The translations under genes were made by a program, and so were the position numbers. Shown in pieces: positions 34,822-44,077 of a stretch of DNA of 64,000 nt (the stretch's first letter is position 1; the number at the start of each line of letters is the position of its first letter). Source of the DNA: an uncultured Pseudomonadota bacterium (GTDB lineage: Bacteria > Myxococcota_A > UBA796 > SXON01); assembly GCA_903844155.1 (NCBI GenBank), contig CAIMSU010000332.1, positions 3,856 through 67,855 of the forward strand. Reading direction: 5' to 3'. The notes beneath the pieces are model-generated. The model did not search any database. It saw only the letters and a program-made list of their open reading frames with translations, and was not told the origin of the DNA.

Positions 34822-36264
34822 GTGCCCGTCTCGGTCCAGCGCCGCTCGCTCCAGCTCCTGCCGCTCGCGCTGGTCAGCCGGGGCGTGGCGTTCACCGTGC
34901 CGATCTTCCTGGCCCAGTGGTACGGCGTGTCGGCGGACATGGACGCGTTCTACTACGCGCTTGGCATTCCGACGCTGCTGTTGGTGGTCGGCTCGAGCGC
35001 GGTCGGGAGCGTGCTGGTGCCGGCGCTGGCGCGTGTGCGGGGCACGGGCGACGATCGCGAGGGCGGCGCGCTGCTTGGGAGCGCGGCGGGCTGGGCTGGA
35101 CTCTCGGCTGTCGCGCTCGGCGCGTTGCTCGCGACGGTCCTTCCGCAGGTGCTGGCGCTGATCTCGGAGTTCACGCCGGCGACGATCGCGGAGACGCAGC
35201 GCTTCTGTTTTGAGCTGCTCCCGTTCCTCGGGTGCGTCGCCGCCGCGGGCGCGCTGCGGTCGGGCGTCGAGATCCAGGCCCGGTTCCTGTGGAGTACGAC
35301 GTCGCCGTTGTTGCGGACCGCCGCGTTGCTGACGGTCGCGGTGGCGCTGCGGCGCGAAGGTCCCCTGGGACTGCCGGTGGCCATGTTCGTCGGCGCGGTC
35401 GTGGAGATGCTGTGGTTGACCCTGGGACTCTGGCGTACACCGCTGCGGCCCACGCCGACGGTCTGGCCAGCAGCGCTCGGGCCGGCGCTCGCCCGTTTTG
35501 GACCGGTGCTCATCGGTGAGACGCTGGTCGCGCTGAACGTCGTCGTCGACAAGGTCTTTGCCGCGCTGCTTCCCGAGGGCAGCGTGAGCCTGCTCGAGTA
35601 CGCGGACCGCGCGCGCGTCATCCCGATGACGTTGTTTGAAGCATCCCTTCTGGTGGTTGCCTTCAACTCCTGGGCGGTCGTACCGGCGGCGGAGCGGGCG
35701 TCCGAGGTGCGACGTGCCCTGCGCTGGGTGCTGCTGATCGTCCCGCCGGTGCTCGGTGGGCTGTACGTTGGCCGGAACGTGGCGATCTCGCTGCTGTTTG
35801 AGCGGGGCGCCTTCACGCCGGACCACACGGTCGCCGTCGCCGCCGCGTTCGGCACGTTCCTGCCGGGCGTGCTCTCCGCCATGCTCGCCGGTCTGGCCGT
35901 CAAGGCGCACCTGCTGGCCGACCGGGCGCGTCTGGTCCTCGTCTACGGCCTGACATCGTTCGCGCTGAACATCGTGTTTGACGTGGCGCTGCTCCGCTAC
36001 GGGATCGCGGGTCTGGCGCTGGGGACGTCGCTCACGAGCATGATCGTCGCCGCGATCTCGCTGCGGAGACTCGCTGGAGACCTGCCGACGGGGCGGTCGT
36101 GGTGGAAGCCGGGGTTGCTGGCGGGCAGTAGCCTCGCGCTCGCGGCGGGCGCCGCCGTTTCGGGCGTTGCGCCAGCCTCCATGATCGACGGGCGACTATG
36201 GGCGGTGGCTGTGCCTTTTGTGGGGTTGCTGGTGGTTGGCCTGACCGAGGCGAGGCGGTCGTGA
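34822..36264 (+). CDS. murJ: Lipid II flippase MurJ/MviN family
   Basis: From an in-frame GTG at 34822: ...LALVSRGVAFTVPIFLAQWYGVSADMDAFYYALGIPTLL, the MurJ N-terminal pattern. About 14 TM segments. The upstream 360 codons of ORF 33736..36264 are antisense to mlaEF and were rejected. Confidence 0.78.
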   Translation: MPVSVQRRSLQLLPLALVSRGVAFTVPIFLAQWYGVSADMDAFYYALGIPTLLLVVGSSAVGSVLVPALARVRGTGDDREGGALLGSAAGWAGLSAVALGALLATVLPQVLALISEFTPATIAETQRFCFELLPFLGCVAAAGALRSGVEIQARFLWSTTSPLLRTAALLTVAVALRREGPLGLPVAMFVGAVVEMLWLTLGLWRTPLRPTPTVWPAALGPALARFGPVLIGETLVALNVVVDKVFAALLPEGSVSLLEYADRARVIPMTLFEASLLVVAFNSWAVVPAAERASEVRRALRWVLLIVPPVLGGLYVGRNVAISLLFERGAFTPDHTVAVAAAFGTFLPGVLSAMLAGLAVKAHLLADRARLVLVYGLTSFALNIVFDVALLRYGIAGLALGTSLTSMIVAAISLRRLAGDLPTGRSWWKPGLLAGSSLALAAGAAVSGVAPASMIDGRLWAVAVPFVGLLVVGLTEARRS

Positions 36265-37394
36265 GGCGAGTCGACCTCCTTTCGCGTGCCCTCGTCGCCT
36301 GCGCGCTCATGACGGCGCCGTACATCGACTGGGAGATCGCCGCGGATCTCGGGCGATGGCACCTGAACGTGCCCGTCGCGGACCTCTGCGCGCTCCTTGC
36401 GCTCGGACTTGCCGGCGTTTCAGGGCAGCTCGCGCGCGTGGGGATCGGCGAAACGCTCGGGTGGCTGACGCTCGTTGCCGTTGGCCTCGCATCTGCCCAC
36501 ATCGGTGCGGGCCTCCCTGGCGTCGGCCCGGACGGCTACCACACCCTGCTTCGGAAGCCGATCTTCATGCTCCTGGGGTGGCGCATCGCCTTTGCGGGGG
36601 TCGTCCGACGAACGACCGTTTGCGGGAACCGGCGATGGGCGATCGGGTGGTTGACGGCGGGTGCCTGCGTGTGTGCCGGGGTCCTGATCGCCAGCTCCAT
36701 CGCCCGCATTCAGGCAGGCCAGACGTTCTGGTGGGCCGCCATCGCCGGGCTGACCAACAACGGAAAGACGCTCGCAGTCTACCTCGCGCCCCTCCTCGCG
36801 CTCATCGGTTCACCCGTCGCCGTCGCGCTCGTGCTGATCGCGATCGGCCTCTCGTGGTCCAAGTCCGCGTGGATCACGGCGCTTTTCGCGCTCGCCTGGG
36901 TGCGGCTGCCCGCGCGCGTCCGCGGGCCCGTGGTCGCCGTCGGCGCCGTCGCCGGGCTCGTCGCCATGACGTTCCTCCCGTATCTCGCCCGTTCGCCCGA
37001 GCAGATCGACGCGCTGAACTCCCGCATCTCCCTCGACAAGCGCGCGTGGGAGATGTTCTGCGCGCACCCGTTCATCGGCTGGGGCGCCGGCTCCAACGTG
37101 CGCTACGAGGTCTCGACCTACCCGGACTACCGGGTCAACGGCGTCGACGCCCACGGTGTTTTCGCCAAGCTCGGCAGCGAATTCGGCGTCCTCGGCACGC
37201 TCGGCTGGCTCGTCGCCACGACGTCGCTCCTGCTGCACTTTCGCCGTCGCGCCCGCGGCTCCCGCTTCGACGACGCCCTGTACGGCTGCTTTCTCGCCCT
37301 CCACCTGAACCTGCTCACCTCCACGGAGACCTTCAGCCAGACGCACTGGGCGATCCTCGGCCTCCTCTGTGGTCTTTCAGCCCGCCGCCGCTGA
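36261..37394 (+). CDS. O-antigen ligase/polymerase (Wzy_C) family membrane protein
   Basis: The GTG overlaps the murJ stop. Polytopic. Loop motif SKSAWITALFAL...FCAHPFIGWGAGSNV is typical of O-antigen ligase-like proteins. Confidence 0.74.
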   Translation: MRRVDLLSRALVACALMTAPYIDWEIAADLGRWHLNVPVADLCALLALGLAGVSGQLARVGIGETLGWLTLVAVGLASAHIGAGLPGVGPDGYHTLLRKPIFMLLGWRIAFAGVVRRTTVCGNRRWAIGWLTAGACVCAGVLIASSIARIQAGQTFWWAAIAGLTNNGKTLAVYLAPLLALIGSPVAVALVLIAIGLSWSKSAWITALFALAWVRLPARVRGPVVAVGAVAGLVAMTFLPYLARSPEQIDALNSRISLDKRAWEMFCAHPFIGWGAGSNVRYEVSTYPDYRVNGVDAHGVFAKLGSEFGVLGTLGWLVATTSLLLHFRRRARGSRFDDALYGCFLALHLNLLTSTETFSQTHWAILGLLCGLSARRR

Positions 37395-37395
37395 C

Positions 37396-38652
37396 CTACA
37401 TCCCGTCGCAGGGGTCGTTGGGCTGGCCGGGGGTGCCGGCGTCGGTCATGCCGGCGGGGATGGTGGTCTCGTCGCACCAGTGCGCCATGTCGTCGTTGAG
37501 GACGCCGTCGAGCATCGTGGGATCGAGGCCGTAGGCGGCGCCGGGGATGATCGCGTCCGTGCTGGTGTCGTTGTAGTCGAACTTGTCGATGTCGACGCCG
37601 TCGGGGCTGGTGAGGTCGAGCTCGTCGTCGTTGTTGGCGATGGCCATGCCGGAGCCGTGGCCAGTGCCGGCGGCGGGCTCGATGCCGAGGGGGTTGCGGT
37701 AGAAGGCGGCGTCGCAGGGAACGCCACCGTTGGTGGTCGGGTCGATGTCGGCGCAGATGACGACGTACTCGTGGGGCGGGACTGGCACCGAGGCGTCGAA
37801 GACCCAGATGTCCGTGCCGTCGTCATGCAGCGTGTAATTCGCGAGGTCCAACGTGCTGCCTGACGTGTTGTACAGCTCCACGTACTCGCCATACTGGTCT
37901 TCCACGGCGTTGGGGTCGACCATGACCTCCGTGAAGATGAGGTCCCCGGGCTGGGGGACGACGACCTGATCGGTGACGTCCACGGTGATCGACGCCGAGC
38001 CGACCTCACCGTCCGTGTCCGTGCAGGTGAGCGTGATGACGTGGGTGGCGATGGTGAGCGACGACGTCAGCAGCGCGGACTGGCCGCCCCCGGAGATCGC
38101 GCCGGGGAGCGCACCGTCGACGTCCGAGGACCAGGCGAACACGAGGTCGTTGGGGGCCGTGGCGCTGTCGTTCGCCTCGCCGGTGAAGGTGATGGAGGTG
38201 CCCGCGGTGACGCTGGTGCCGTCGGCGGGTGCGGTGATGAGGACGACGGGCGGGCCGAGCGGGCCTTCGACCTGGAACGCCACGCTGGTCGACGCGGAGG
38301 AGCCGTCGAGGTCGGTGACGAGCATGTCGATGGTGTGGTCGCCGAGCGTCATCGTTGACGCGTCAAGGGGCGTCGAGACGTTCCCGTCGGCGTCAGCGGT
38401 GACGGGCGTGGCCGTCCCGCTGTCCAGCGACCAGGTGACGGCGAGCTGGGGCGCGGGATCTTCGGCGTCGCTGACGACGGCCTGGACGATGCCGTCGGTC
38501 CCTTGTCGCCAGACGGCGTCGGCGATCGGGGAGGTGATGCCGATGACCGGCTTCTGGTTCACGTGACCGATCTTGCTGTCCGATTGGCAGCCACCGAGCA
38601 TGGCGGCGAGACTGACGACGATCAACGTGCAGAAGTGGTGGGTCGGGTGCAT
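37396..38652 (-). CDS. Lipoprotein with two Ig-like domains and a C-terminal lamin-tail domain (LTD)
   Basis: Lipobox MLGGC. Two repeats of about 95 aa (VVSDAEDP...VAFQV and GEANDSATAP...ITVDV). The LTD pattern is LIFTEVMVDPNAVEDQYGEYVELYNTSGSTLDLANYTLHD. Confidence 0.8.
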   Translation of the reverse strand: MHPTHHFCTLIVVSLAAMLGGCQSDSKIGHVNQKPVIGITSPIADAVWRQGTDGIVQAVVSDAEDPAPQLAVTWSLDSGTATPVTADADGNVSTPLDASTMTLGDHTIDMLVTDLDGSSASTSVAFQVEGPLGPPVVLITAPADGTSVTAGTSITFTGEANDSATAPNDLVFAWSSDVDGALPGAISGGGQSALLTSSLTIATHVITLTCTDTDGEVGSASITVDVTDQVVVPQPGDLIFTEVMVDPNAVEDQYGEYVELYNTSGSTLDLANYTLHDDGTDIWVFDASVPVPPHEYVVICADIDPTTNGGVPCDAAFYRNPLGIEPAAGTGHGSGMAIANNDDELDLTSPDGVDIDKFDYNDTSTDAIIPGAAYGLDPTMLDGVLNDDMAHWCDETTIPAGMTDAGTPGQPNDPCDGM

Positions 38653-38689
38653 GAAGGCTCCGCTCTGAGGACGCCTATCAAGGAGGCGC

Positions 38690-39049
38690 CTACTCCGTAC
38701 ACTCCAACACCGTCAGCCCCACGCCCGGATCGCAGTCAACCCAGCCCTCTGGCGCCGTACACGCTGTGTACCCGACGCATTCGTCCGTCGCGTTGCCGTT
38801 CGCGTCGGGCGGGCTCGCGTAGCGGGTGCCAGCGGAGCAGTCCTTTGACGGCGTTGCCGCGCAGACGAGGTTTTTCGTGACGGCGGAAGGCGGCAGGCAC
38901 CAGGTCCCGTTCGGGTTGTCCATCTCGGTGCCGATGAAGATGGAGCAACCATCCTGCTTCTGGCAGATGCCCGTGTCGTATTTCGCGCAGGGGTCGCCAT
39001 TGTTGCAGCCGATAAGGAGGGCGACGAGGACGACGAGGCGGGTGCGCAT
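38690..39049 (-). CDS. Small Cys-rich lipoprotein
   Basis: ATG at 39049, lipobox LLIGC, 12 Cys in 119 aa. Only the last 120 codons of ORF 38690..40987 are credible; the rest is antisense to prs and the GT gene. Confidence 0.6.
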   Translation of the reverse strand: MRTRLVVLVALLIGCNNGDPCAKYDTGICQKQDGCSIFIGTEMDNPNGTWCLPPSAVTKNLVCAATPSKDCSAGTRYASPPDANGNATDECVGYTACTAPEGWVDCDPGVGLTVLECTE

Positions 39050-39127
39050 CCGGTCTTGTATCCGGTGCGTCGATCGCCTTGCCGCGCCCCCGGTCGCGTG
39101 TGACGATGCGGTGCACCCCGGGTCACG

Positions 39128-40072
39128 ATGTACCTTGAGCTCCGCCTCCTCGCCGGCAACGCCAACCCCGTGCTCGCCGCCGCCATCGCCGCGGCCATCG
39201 GGGCGCCGCTCGGCAACGCGCGTGTCGGCAAGTTCTCGGACGGCGAGATCCAGGTCGAGATCGAGGACAACGTGCGCGGGCGCGACGTCTTCCTCATCCA
39301 GCCGACCTGCTTTCCCGCCAACGACAACCTGATGGAATTGTTGATCATGGCGGACGCCTGCAAGCGGGCGAGCGCCGGGCGGATCACGGCGGTGATCCCG
39401 TACTATGGCTACTCGCGGCAGGACCGCAAGGTCGCCCCGCGTGCCCCGATCAGCGCCAAGCTCGTCGCCGACCTGCTCACCACCGCCGGCATCGACCGCG
39501 TGCTGACCATGGACCTGCACGCTGGCCAGATCCAGGGCTTCTTCAACATCCCGGTCGACAATCTCTACGCCGGGCCCACCCTGCGGGCCGCCGTCGCCAA
39601 GCACATCGACGGTGCGAACACCGTCATCGTCTCGCCAGACGCCGGGGGTGTCGAGCGCGCGCGCGGGTTCGCAAAGCCGCTCGGCGCCGGCCTCGCCATC
39701 ATCGACAAGCGCCGCAGCGGCCCGAACCAGTCCGAGGCGCTGCACATCATCGGCGACGTGAAGGAGAAGGACTGCGTGATCGTGGACGACATGATCGACA
39801 CGGCGGGCACGCTCACCAAGGCGGCGTCGGCGTTGAAGGGCGGGGGCGCTCGTCGGATCTTCGCGGTCGCCACGCATCCGGTCCTCTCCGGGCCGGCCAT
39901 CACGCGGCTGCAGGAGAGCGATGTCGAACGCGTGTTCGTCACCGACTCGATCCCGCTTCGCCCCGAGGCCGTCGCGAGCGGCAAATTCATGCAGGTGCCG
40001 GTCGCGACGCTGCTCGCCGAGGCGATGCGGTCGATCCACTCCAACGACTCCGTGAGCCGGCTCTTCCGGTAG
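39128..40072 (+). CDS. prs: Ribose-phosphate pyrophosphokinase (PRPP synthetase)
   Basis: N-terminus LRLLAGNANPVLAAAIA. Motifs YYGYSRQDRK and DLHAGQIQGFF. PRPP-binding loop CVIVDDMIDTAGT. Confidence 0.93.
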   Translation: MYLELRLLAGNANPVLAAAIAAAIGAPLGNARVGKFSDGEIQVEIEDNVRGRDVFLIQPTCFPANDNLMELLIMADACKRASAGRITAVIPYYGYSRQDRKVAPRAPISAKLVADLLTTAGIDRVLTMDLHAGQIQGFFNIPVDNLYAGPTLRAAVAKHIDGANTVIVSPDAGGVERARGFAKPLGAGLAIIDKRRSGPNQSEALHIIGDVKEKDCVIVDDMIDTAGTLTKAASALKGGGARRIFAVATHPVLSGPAITRLQESDVERVFVTDSIPLRPEAVASGKFMQVPVATLLAEAMRSIHSNDSVSRLFR

Positions 40073-40093
40073 CGACAATGCTACGCTGACCCC

Positions 40094-42265
40094 ATGCGCG
40101 TAGCAGTCCTGACACGGCCCGACCTCTTCCCCGCGTGGCACGGCGCGGCGGTCAAGATCGTGCGGACGGTCGAGGCGCTCGCTGCGCGGGGCGACGTCGT
40201 CAGCGTGGTGACCGAGGATCGGGACCGGTACTGGCGCGTGGACCGTGAGGGCTGGCATGACGTGGCGTTTGGCGCCCGTTTTCGCGCGATGCAGGAGTGG
40301 CCGGTGCTTCGGAACCAGGCGCGGGCGGCGCGGTGGGTCGCGAGGGCGGGGTATCCCGTGGAAGAGCTGGCATTGTACCGGCCGATGTTCGACCCGGCGT
40401 GGTGGGCCAGGGTGCTGTACGTGGGGCACGCCGAGGCGATCGACGTCTGGCAGCCGGAGTTTCCGGGGTTTGTCGTGCCCGCGGTCCTCGCGCGACGGGT
40501 GCTCGGCGGGCGGATCACGGTCGGGACGCACAACGCCGAGTTTGACCGGTTGGCACAGACCAACTCGCTGGCGCCGGCGCGGCTGAAGCGCCTCCGTCGG
40601 ATCGAAGCCGCGTTGCTCAACCGCGCGGACGACGTCGTCGCCTGCTCCATGCCCGACGCGGAACGCCTGCGGGAAGCCGGCGTTGAACGTCCTATCTGGC
40701 ACGTGCCGCACGGGGTGGAGGTTGGCGCCTATCGAGGCCCCGGAACGCCCGATCTGCGCGTCCGGTACGGGCTCGGCGGCGGTCCCGTCGTCTTCTTCCA
40801 CGGCACGCTGCACTACGGTCCAAACCGCGATGCCGTCGAGTACCTCGCGCGCGAGCTGGCGCCGATTTTGCCGCCTGCGACGACCATCCTCATCGCAGGT
40901 CTGACTCCGCCGCGTGAGCTGGAGGGGCCGCAGGGCGACGGCGCGACGGTCCGGTTCACGGGCCCCGTCGACGACCTCGCGGGCCACATCCGGGCCGCGG
41001 ACGTGTGCGTGTGCCCCGTGTTTGCCGGCGGCGGGACGCGGATGAAGCTGTTGGAGTATTTCGCCGCGGGGAAGCCGGTGGTCTCGACGGCGCTAGGTGC
41101 TGAGGGGCTCAACGTCGAGCATGACCGGGAGCTGATCCTCGCGGAGCGGGCGGAGTTCGCGCGGGCGGTCGAGGACCTGCTCTGGGACGCGGCGCTGCGT
41201 CGTCGGGTGGGGCAGGCGGCGAGGCGTTGGGTGGGCGCGTACGACTGGAGCGCCGTCGGGCGGGCGTGGCAGGCGGTTCACCGGGGAGAAGGCCGGGATT
41301 TTGTGGCCGAGGTGCCGGTGGACGCGCACCTTCCCGTCCGCGCCGTGTCCAAGCCGCGCACGCTGCTCTTCCTGATAAACCGCGGCTGCAACCTACGTTG
41401 TTCGTTCTGCGACCTCTGGGAGGGGAGCGAGAACGTCTCGCTGGAGCGGGCGGCGTCGTTGTTCGACGAGGCCGTCGCCATTGAGACGAAGTCGGTCGTG
41501 CTGACCGGTGGCGAGCCGATGATCCACCCGCAGTTTTTTGAGATCGTCGCTGCGGCGCGGGCGAGGGGGCTCTCGGTGAACGTGACGACGAACGGCACGT
41601 TGGTTGAGCGAAACTGGGCGCGGATCCTGGAGTCTCGGCTGGACAGTCTGTCGATGAGCATTGACGGGCTTCCGGAGACGCACGATCGGCTCCGCGGGCG
41701 CACGGGATCGTTCGCCCGCACGTGGAAAGCGCTGGAGCGTGTGGTGGCGCACGGGCTTGACGCGTGCGTGTACTTCACCGTCACGCGCGAGAACGTCGGC
41801 GAGCTTGTGGAGGTCTGGCGCCGGGTAATGAGGCTCGGCGCCCGCTTTGACTTCTGGCCCGTGAACGACGCCCCGGACCTCTACCTGCGCGCCGAGGACG
41901 AGCCTGTCTGGCGCGCCGCCGTCGAGACCATCGCGGCCACGGACCCTGCTGTGGCTGGTCGAGCGCACTACTACGCGCAGGCGCTCGGCTACCACCGCGG
42001 TGAAACCGGGCCCGTCCGCTGCCTCGGCTTCATCGATCAGTACGGCGTGCGCTACGACGGCGCGTTCCTGCCGTGCTGCGTGTGGGGCGGCGAGGGGCTG
42101 GCGGCCGGAAACGTATGGGAAACGCCGCTTTCCACGCTTTGGCGCTCTCCGGAGGTTCAGGCGAGGCGCGAGCGGCTCTACGCGGCCGGCTGCACGGTCG
42201 GCTGCTACAACCACAGCTTGTACGAATTCGGTGTTTCGACCGGGCTTTCACACCGGTTGCCCTGA
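40094..42265 (+). CDS. Fusion protein: GT4/GT1-type glycosyltransferase (N-terminal) plus radical SAM domain with SPASM/twitch-like Cys motifs (C-terminal)
   Basis: GT-B C-terminal pattern: FFHGTLHYGPN...GGGTRMKLLEYFAAGKPVVST. Then the CX3CX2C radical SAM motif in the context GCNLRCSFCD, and GGEPM. The tail has C-X12-G-X4-C (CLGFIDQYGVRYDGAFLPC) and GCTVGC. Confidence 0.84.
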   Translation: MRVAVLTRPDLFPAWHGAAVKIVRTVEALAARGDVVSVVTEDRDRYWRVDREGWHDVAFGARFRAMQEWPVLRNQARAARWVARAGYPVEELALYRPMFDPAWWARVLYVGHAEAIDVWQPEFPGFVVPAVLARRVLGGRITVGTHNAEFDRLAQTNSLAPARLKRLRRIEAALLNRADDVVACSMPDAERLREAGVERPIWHVPHGVEVGAYRGPGTPDLRVRYGLGGGPVVFFHGTLHYGPNRDAVEYLARELAPILPPATTILIAGLTPPRELEGPQGDGATVRFTGPVDDLAGHIRAADVCVCPVFAGGGTRMKLLEYFAAGKPVVSTALGAEGLNVEHDRELILAERAEFARAVEDLLWDAALRRRVGQAARRWVGAYDWSAVGRAWQAVHRGEGRDFVAEVPVDAHLPVRAVSKPRTLLFLINRGCNLRCSFCDLWEGSENVSLERAASLFDEAVAIETKSVVLTGGEPMIHPQFFEIVAAARARGLSVNVTTNGTLVERNWARILESRLDSLSMSIDGLPETHDRLRGRTGSFARTWKALERVVAHGLDACVYFTVTRENVGELVEVWRRVMRLGARFDFWPVNDAPDLYLRAEDEPVWRAAVETIAATDPAVAGRAHYYAQALGYHRGETGPVRCLGFIDQYGVRYDGAFLPCCVWGGEGLAAGNVWETPLSTLWRSPEVQARRERLYAAGCTVGCYNHSLYEFGVSTGLSHRLP

Positions 42266-42324
42266 GAGCCTCCAGCCTGAACCCCCCAGCCTTGATAGCT
42301 GCGCCCGCAAGTGAGGATGCGACG

Positions 42325-43074
42325 ATGCCGTGGGTGTCTGTACAGTTCAAGGGCAAGGAGGTCTGGGCCGAGTGCGACGCTGCAGGGGCGCCGGTGGTGA
42401 CAGGTGCGCTGCGACGCGTGCGCTACTCCCCGGCTGCGGGTGCCAAGCTCTACACGGCAAACGCTGGAAACATCCAGGCGACGGGCGCCCGGCCGGTGGA
42501 CCTGCCGGAGGGGACCGCGCAGGAGCCAGCCGCGACGGGCAGCGCGCCGGGGTCGGTCGGTCGGACGGGTAGCGGTTTCGGGAAGGCGGGGACGAGGACA
42601 GCCGCGCAGGCGACGGCCGCGAAGGTGGACGCAAAAGCCCGGTTGGATGCGCTTGGTCCCGAGGTCATCCGGGCGTTCACCGATGGCGCGTGCTCGGGAA
42701 ATCCCGGGCCGGCGGGGGCGGGCTGCGTGGTCAAGCTGCCGGACGGGCGGGTCATCGAGCGCCACAAGGGGCTCGGCGAGGGGACGAACAACATCGCGGA
42801 GCTCGTCGCCATCGGCATGGCGCTGGAGGTGCTGCGCGAGCTTGGGGTCGACAAGCAGAGCCCCGTCGCGATCTTCTCGGACTCGGCCTACGCGCAGGGG
42901 GTGTTGACGAAAGGCTGGAAGGCGAAGGCAAATGTCGTGCTCATCCGCAAGATCCGCGAGGCGATGGCGGAGTGGCCGAAGGTGGAGTTGAACTGGGTCG
43001 CCGGGCACGTCGGCATCGCGGAGAACGAGCGGGCGGACGCGCTGGCGAACAAGGGCGTGTACGAGAGCCGGTAA
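42325..43074 (+). CDS. rnhA: Ribonuclease HI with an N-terminal extension of about 115 aa
   Basis: RNase H core: FTDGACSGNPGPAGAGCVV...TNNIAELVAIGMALE...IFSDSAY...GHVGIAENERADALA. The ATG at 42325 is preferred. Confidence 0.84.
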   Translation: MPWVSVQFKGKEVWAECDAAGAPVVTGALRRVRYSPAAGAKLYTANAGNIQATGARPVDLPEGTAQEPAATGSAPGSVGRTGSGFGKAGTRTAAQATAAKVDAKARLDALGPEVIRAFTDGACSGNPGPAGAGCVVKLPDGRVIERHKGLGEGTNNIAELVAIGMALEVLRELGVDKQSPVAIFSDSAYAQGVLTKGWKAKANVVLIRKIREAMAEWPKVELNWVAGHVGIAENERADALANKGVYESR

Positions 43075-43077
43075 GCG

Positions 43078-43722
43078 TCAGGCGTCGCGGCGGAACATCA
43101 CGTCGGTGCGCAGGACGGTCTTTCGGCCGGCCGTGACCAACGCGCCCTCGTGCAGGATGCGGTGCTGAAAGAGGAGGGCCATGCCGCGTTTTGGCACGAC
43201 CGCGGTTCGGCCATCGAGGAACCGGGTGGCGCCGCCCTCGCAGCCCTCGTCGAGGTAGAACATCAGCGTGAGCTGGGATTCCTCGACGTTGGACCGACGA
43301 AAGGAGCCGTCGATGTGCGGCGCGAAGACCTGACCGGGCCCGTAGCGGTACACGCGCAGGCGCTCGTTCAGGCCGATCGGCCGCCAGGCGTCGTACATCA
43401 CCATGGGGATCGTGTGGGCAACGCGATCGTAGAGCATCGCCGCGAGGCCCGGGTGGTCGACCATCGCCCGATCGTTGTTGCGGATGTCCGGACGCATGAC
43501 CGGACCGATCGCTGTCGTGATTGGCGCGATCGAGAGGTCGAGCGTGTCGACCCATTCCAGCAGCTCGTCGCATTCGGTGGCGGTCAGCGCCTCGTCTACG
43601 CACCACACGAGCGCGCAGGAAGGGTCCACGACGAACCCCTGAAACCTGCCAGGAAAACCCGGCAGGACCACGCGCGCAGGCAAGCGCGGGGCGACGTCCT
43701 CAGTTGTCCTGCGCCCCGTCAT
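43078..43722 (-). CDS. 2OG-Fe(II) oxygenase (prolyl 4-hydroxylase-like)
   Basis: Motifs YGPGQVFAPHIDG (HxD), ...LLFQHRILHEG (distal His) and ...RKTVLRTDVMF. The start is uncertain: ATG 43722 overlaps the upstream gene by 23 nt, and the alternative is GTG 43671. Confidence 0.74.
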   Translation of the reverse strand: MTGRRTTEDVAPRLPARVVLPGFPGRFQGFVVDPSCALVWCVDEALTATECDELLEWVDTLDLSIAPITTAIGPVMRPDIRNNDRAMVDHPGLAAMLYDRVAHTIPMVMYDAWRPIGLNERLRVYRYGPGQVFAPHIDGSFRRSNVEESQLTLMFYLDEGCEGGATRFLDGRTAVVPKRGMALLFQHRILHEGALVTAGRKTVLRTDVMFRRDA

Positions 43723-44071
43723 CGATCCAGCTCTCCAGCTCGGCGAGGTGCGTTGCGTCCAGGCCACCGCTACCCGACGGCATCGCGATGCCGGTGATCC
43801 CCGACTGGTTTGCGCACTTCTGCCAGAGAAAGCTGTTGGCGTGGTCGCCGGGCTCGACGAGGTTGATCGAAGGATCCAGCGAGGACGGCACGCCGACGGT
43901 CGCCGCGTAGGAGTTGCCATCGGTGAGCGAGAGGCCCTGGGCGCCGCCGCCGCTGCCGTGGCAGGTCGAGAACGCGCAGGACTTTGTGTAGATGTCGGCC
44001 TGGACGTCGGTGAGCGTGGATGGGGCCGGGGCACCGGTGCAGCCGGTCAGCAAGAAAACGAGGAGCAACAT
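43700..44071 (-). CDS. Small lipoprotein with PSCyt1-like cytochrome c domain (CX4CH variant)
   Basis: Lipobox LLTGC. The pattern IYTKSCAFSTCHGSGGGAQGLSL...LVEPGDHANSFLWQK...MPSGSGGLDATHLAELESWIDDGA mirrors the planctomycete-type cytochrome c domain. Confidence 0.62.
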   Translation of the reverse strand: MLLLVFLLTGCTGAPAPSTLTDVQADIYTKSCAFSTCHGSGGGAQGLSLTDGNSYAATVGVPSSLDPSINLVEPGDHANSFLWQKCANQSGITGIAMPSGSGGLDATHLAELESWIDDGAQDN

Positions 44072-44077
44072 GGATCT

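Noticed and set aside
39050-40987. Upstream 645 codons of ORF 38690..40987 (minus)
   Set aside because: This part is antisense to prs and the GT-radical SAM gene. Only the last 120 codons (38690..39049) form a credible lipoprotein with its own ATG and lipobox.
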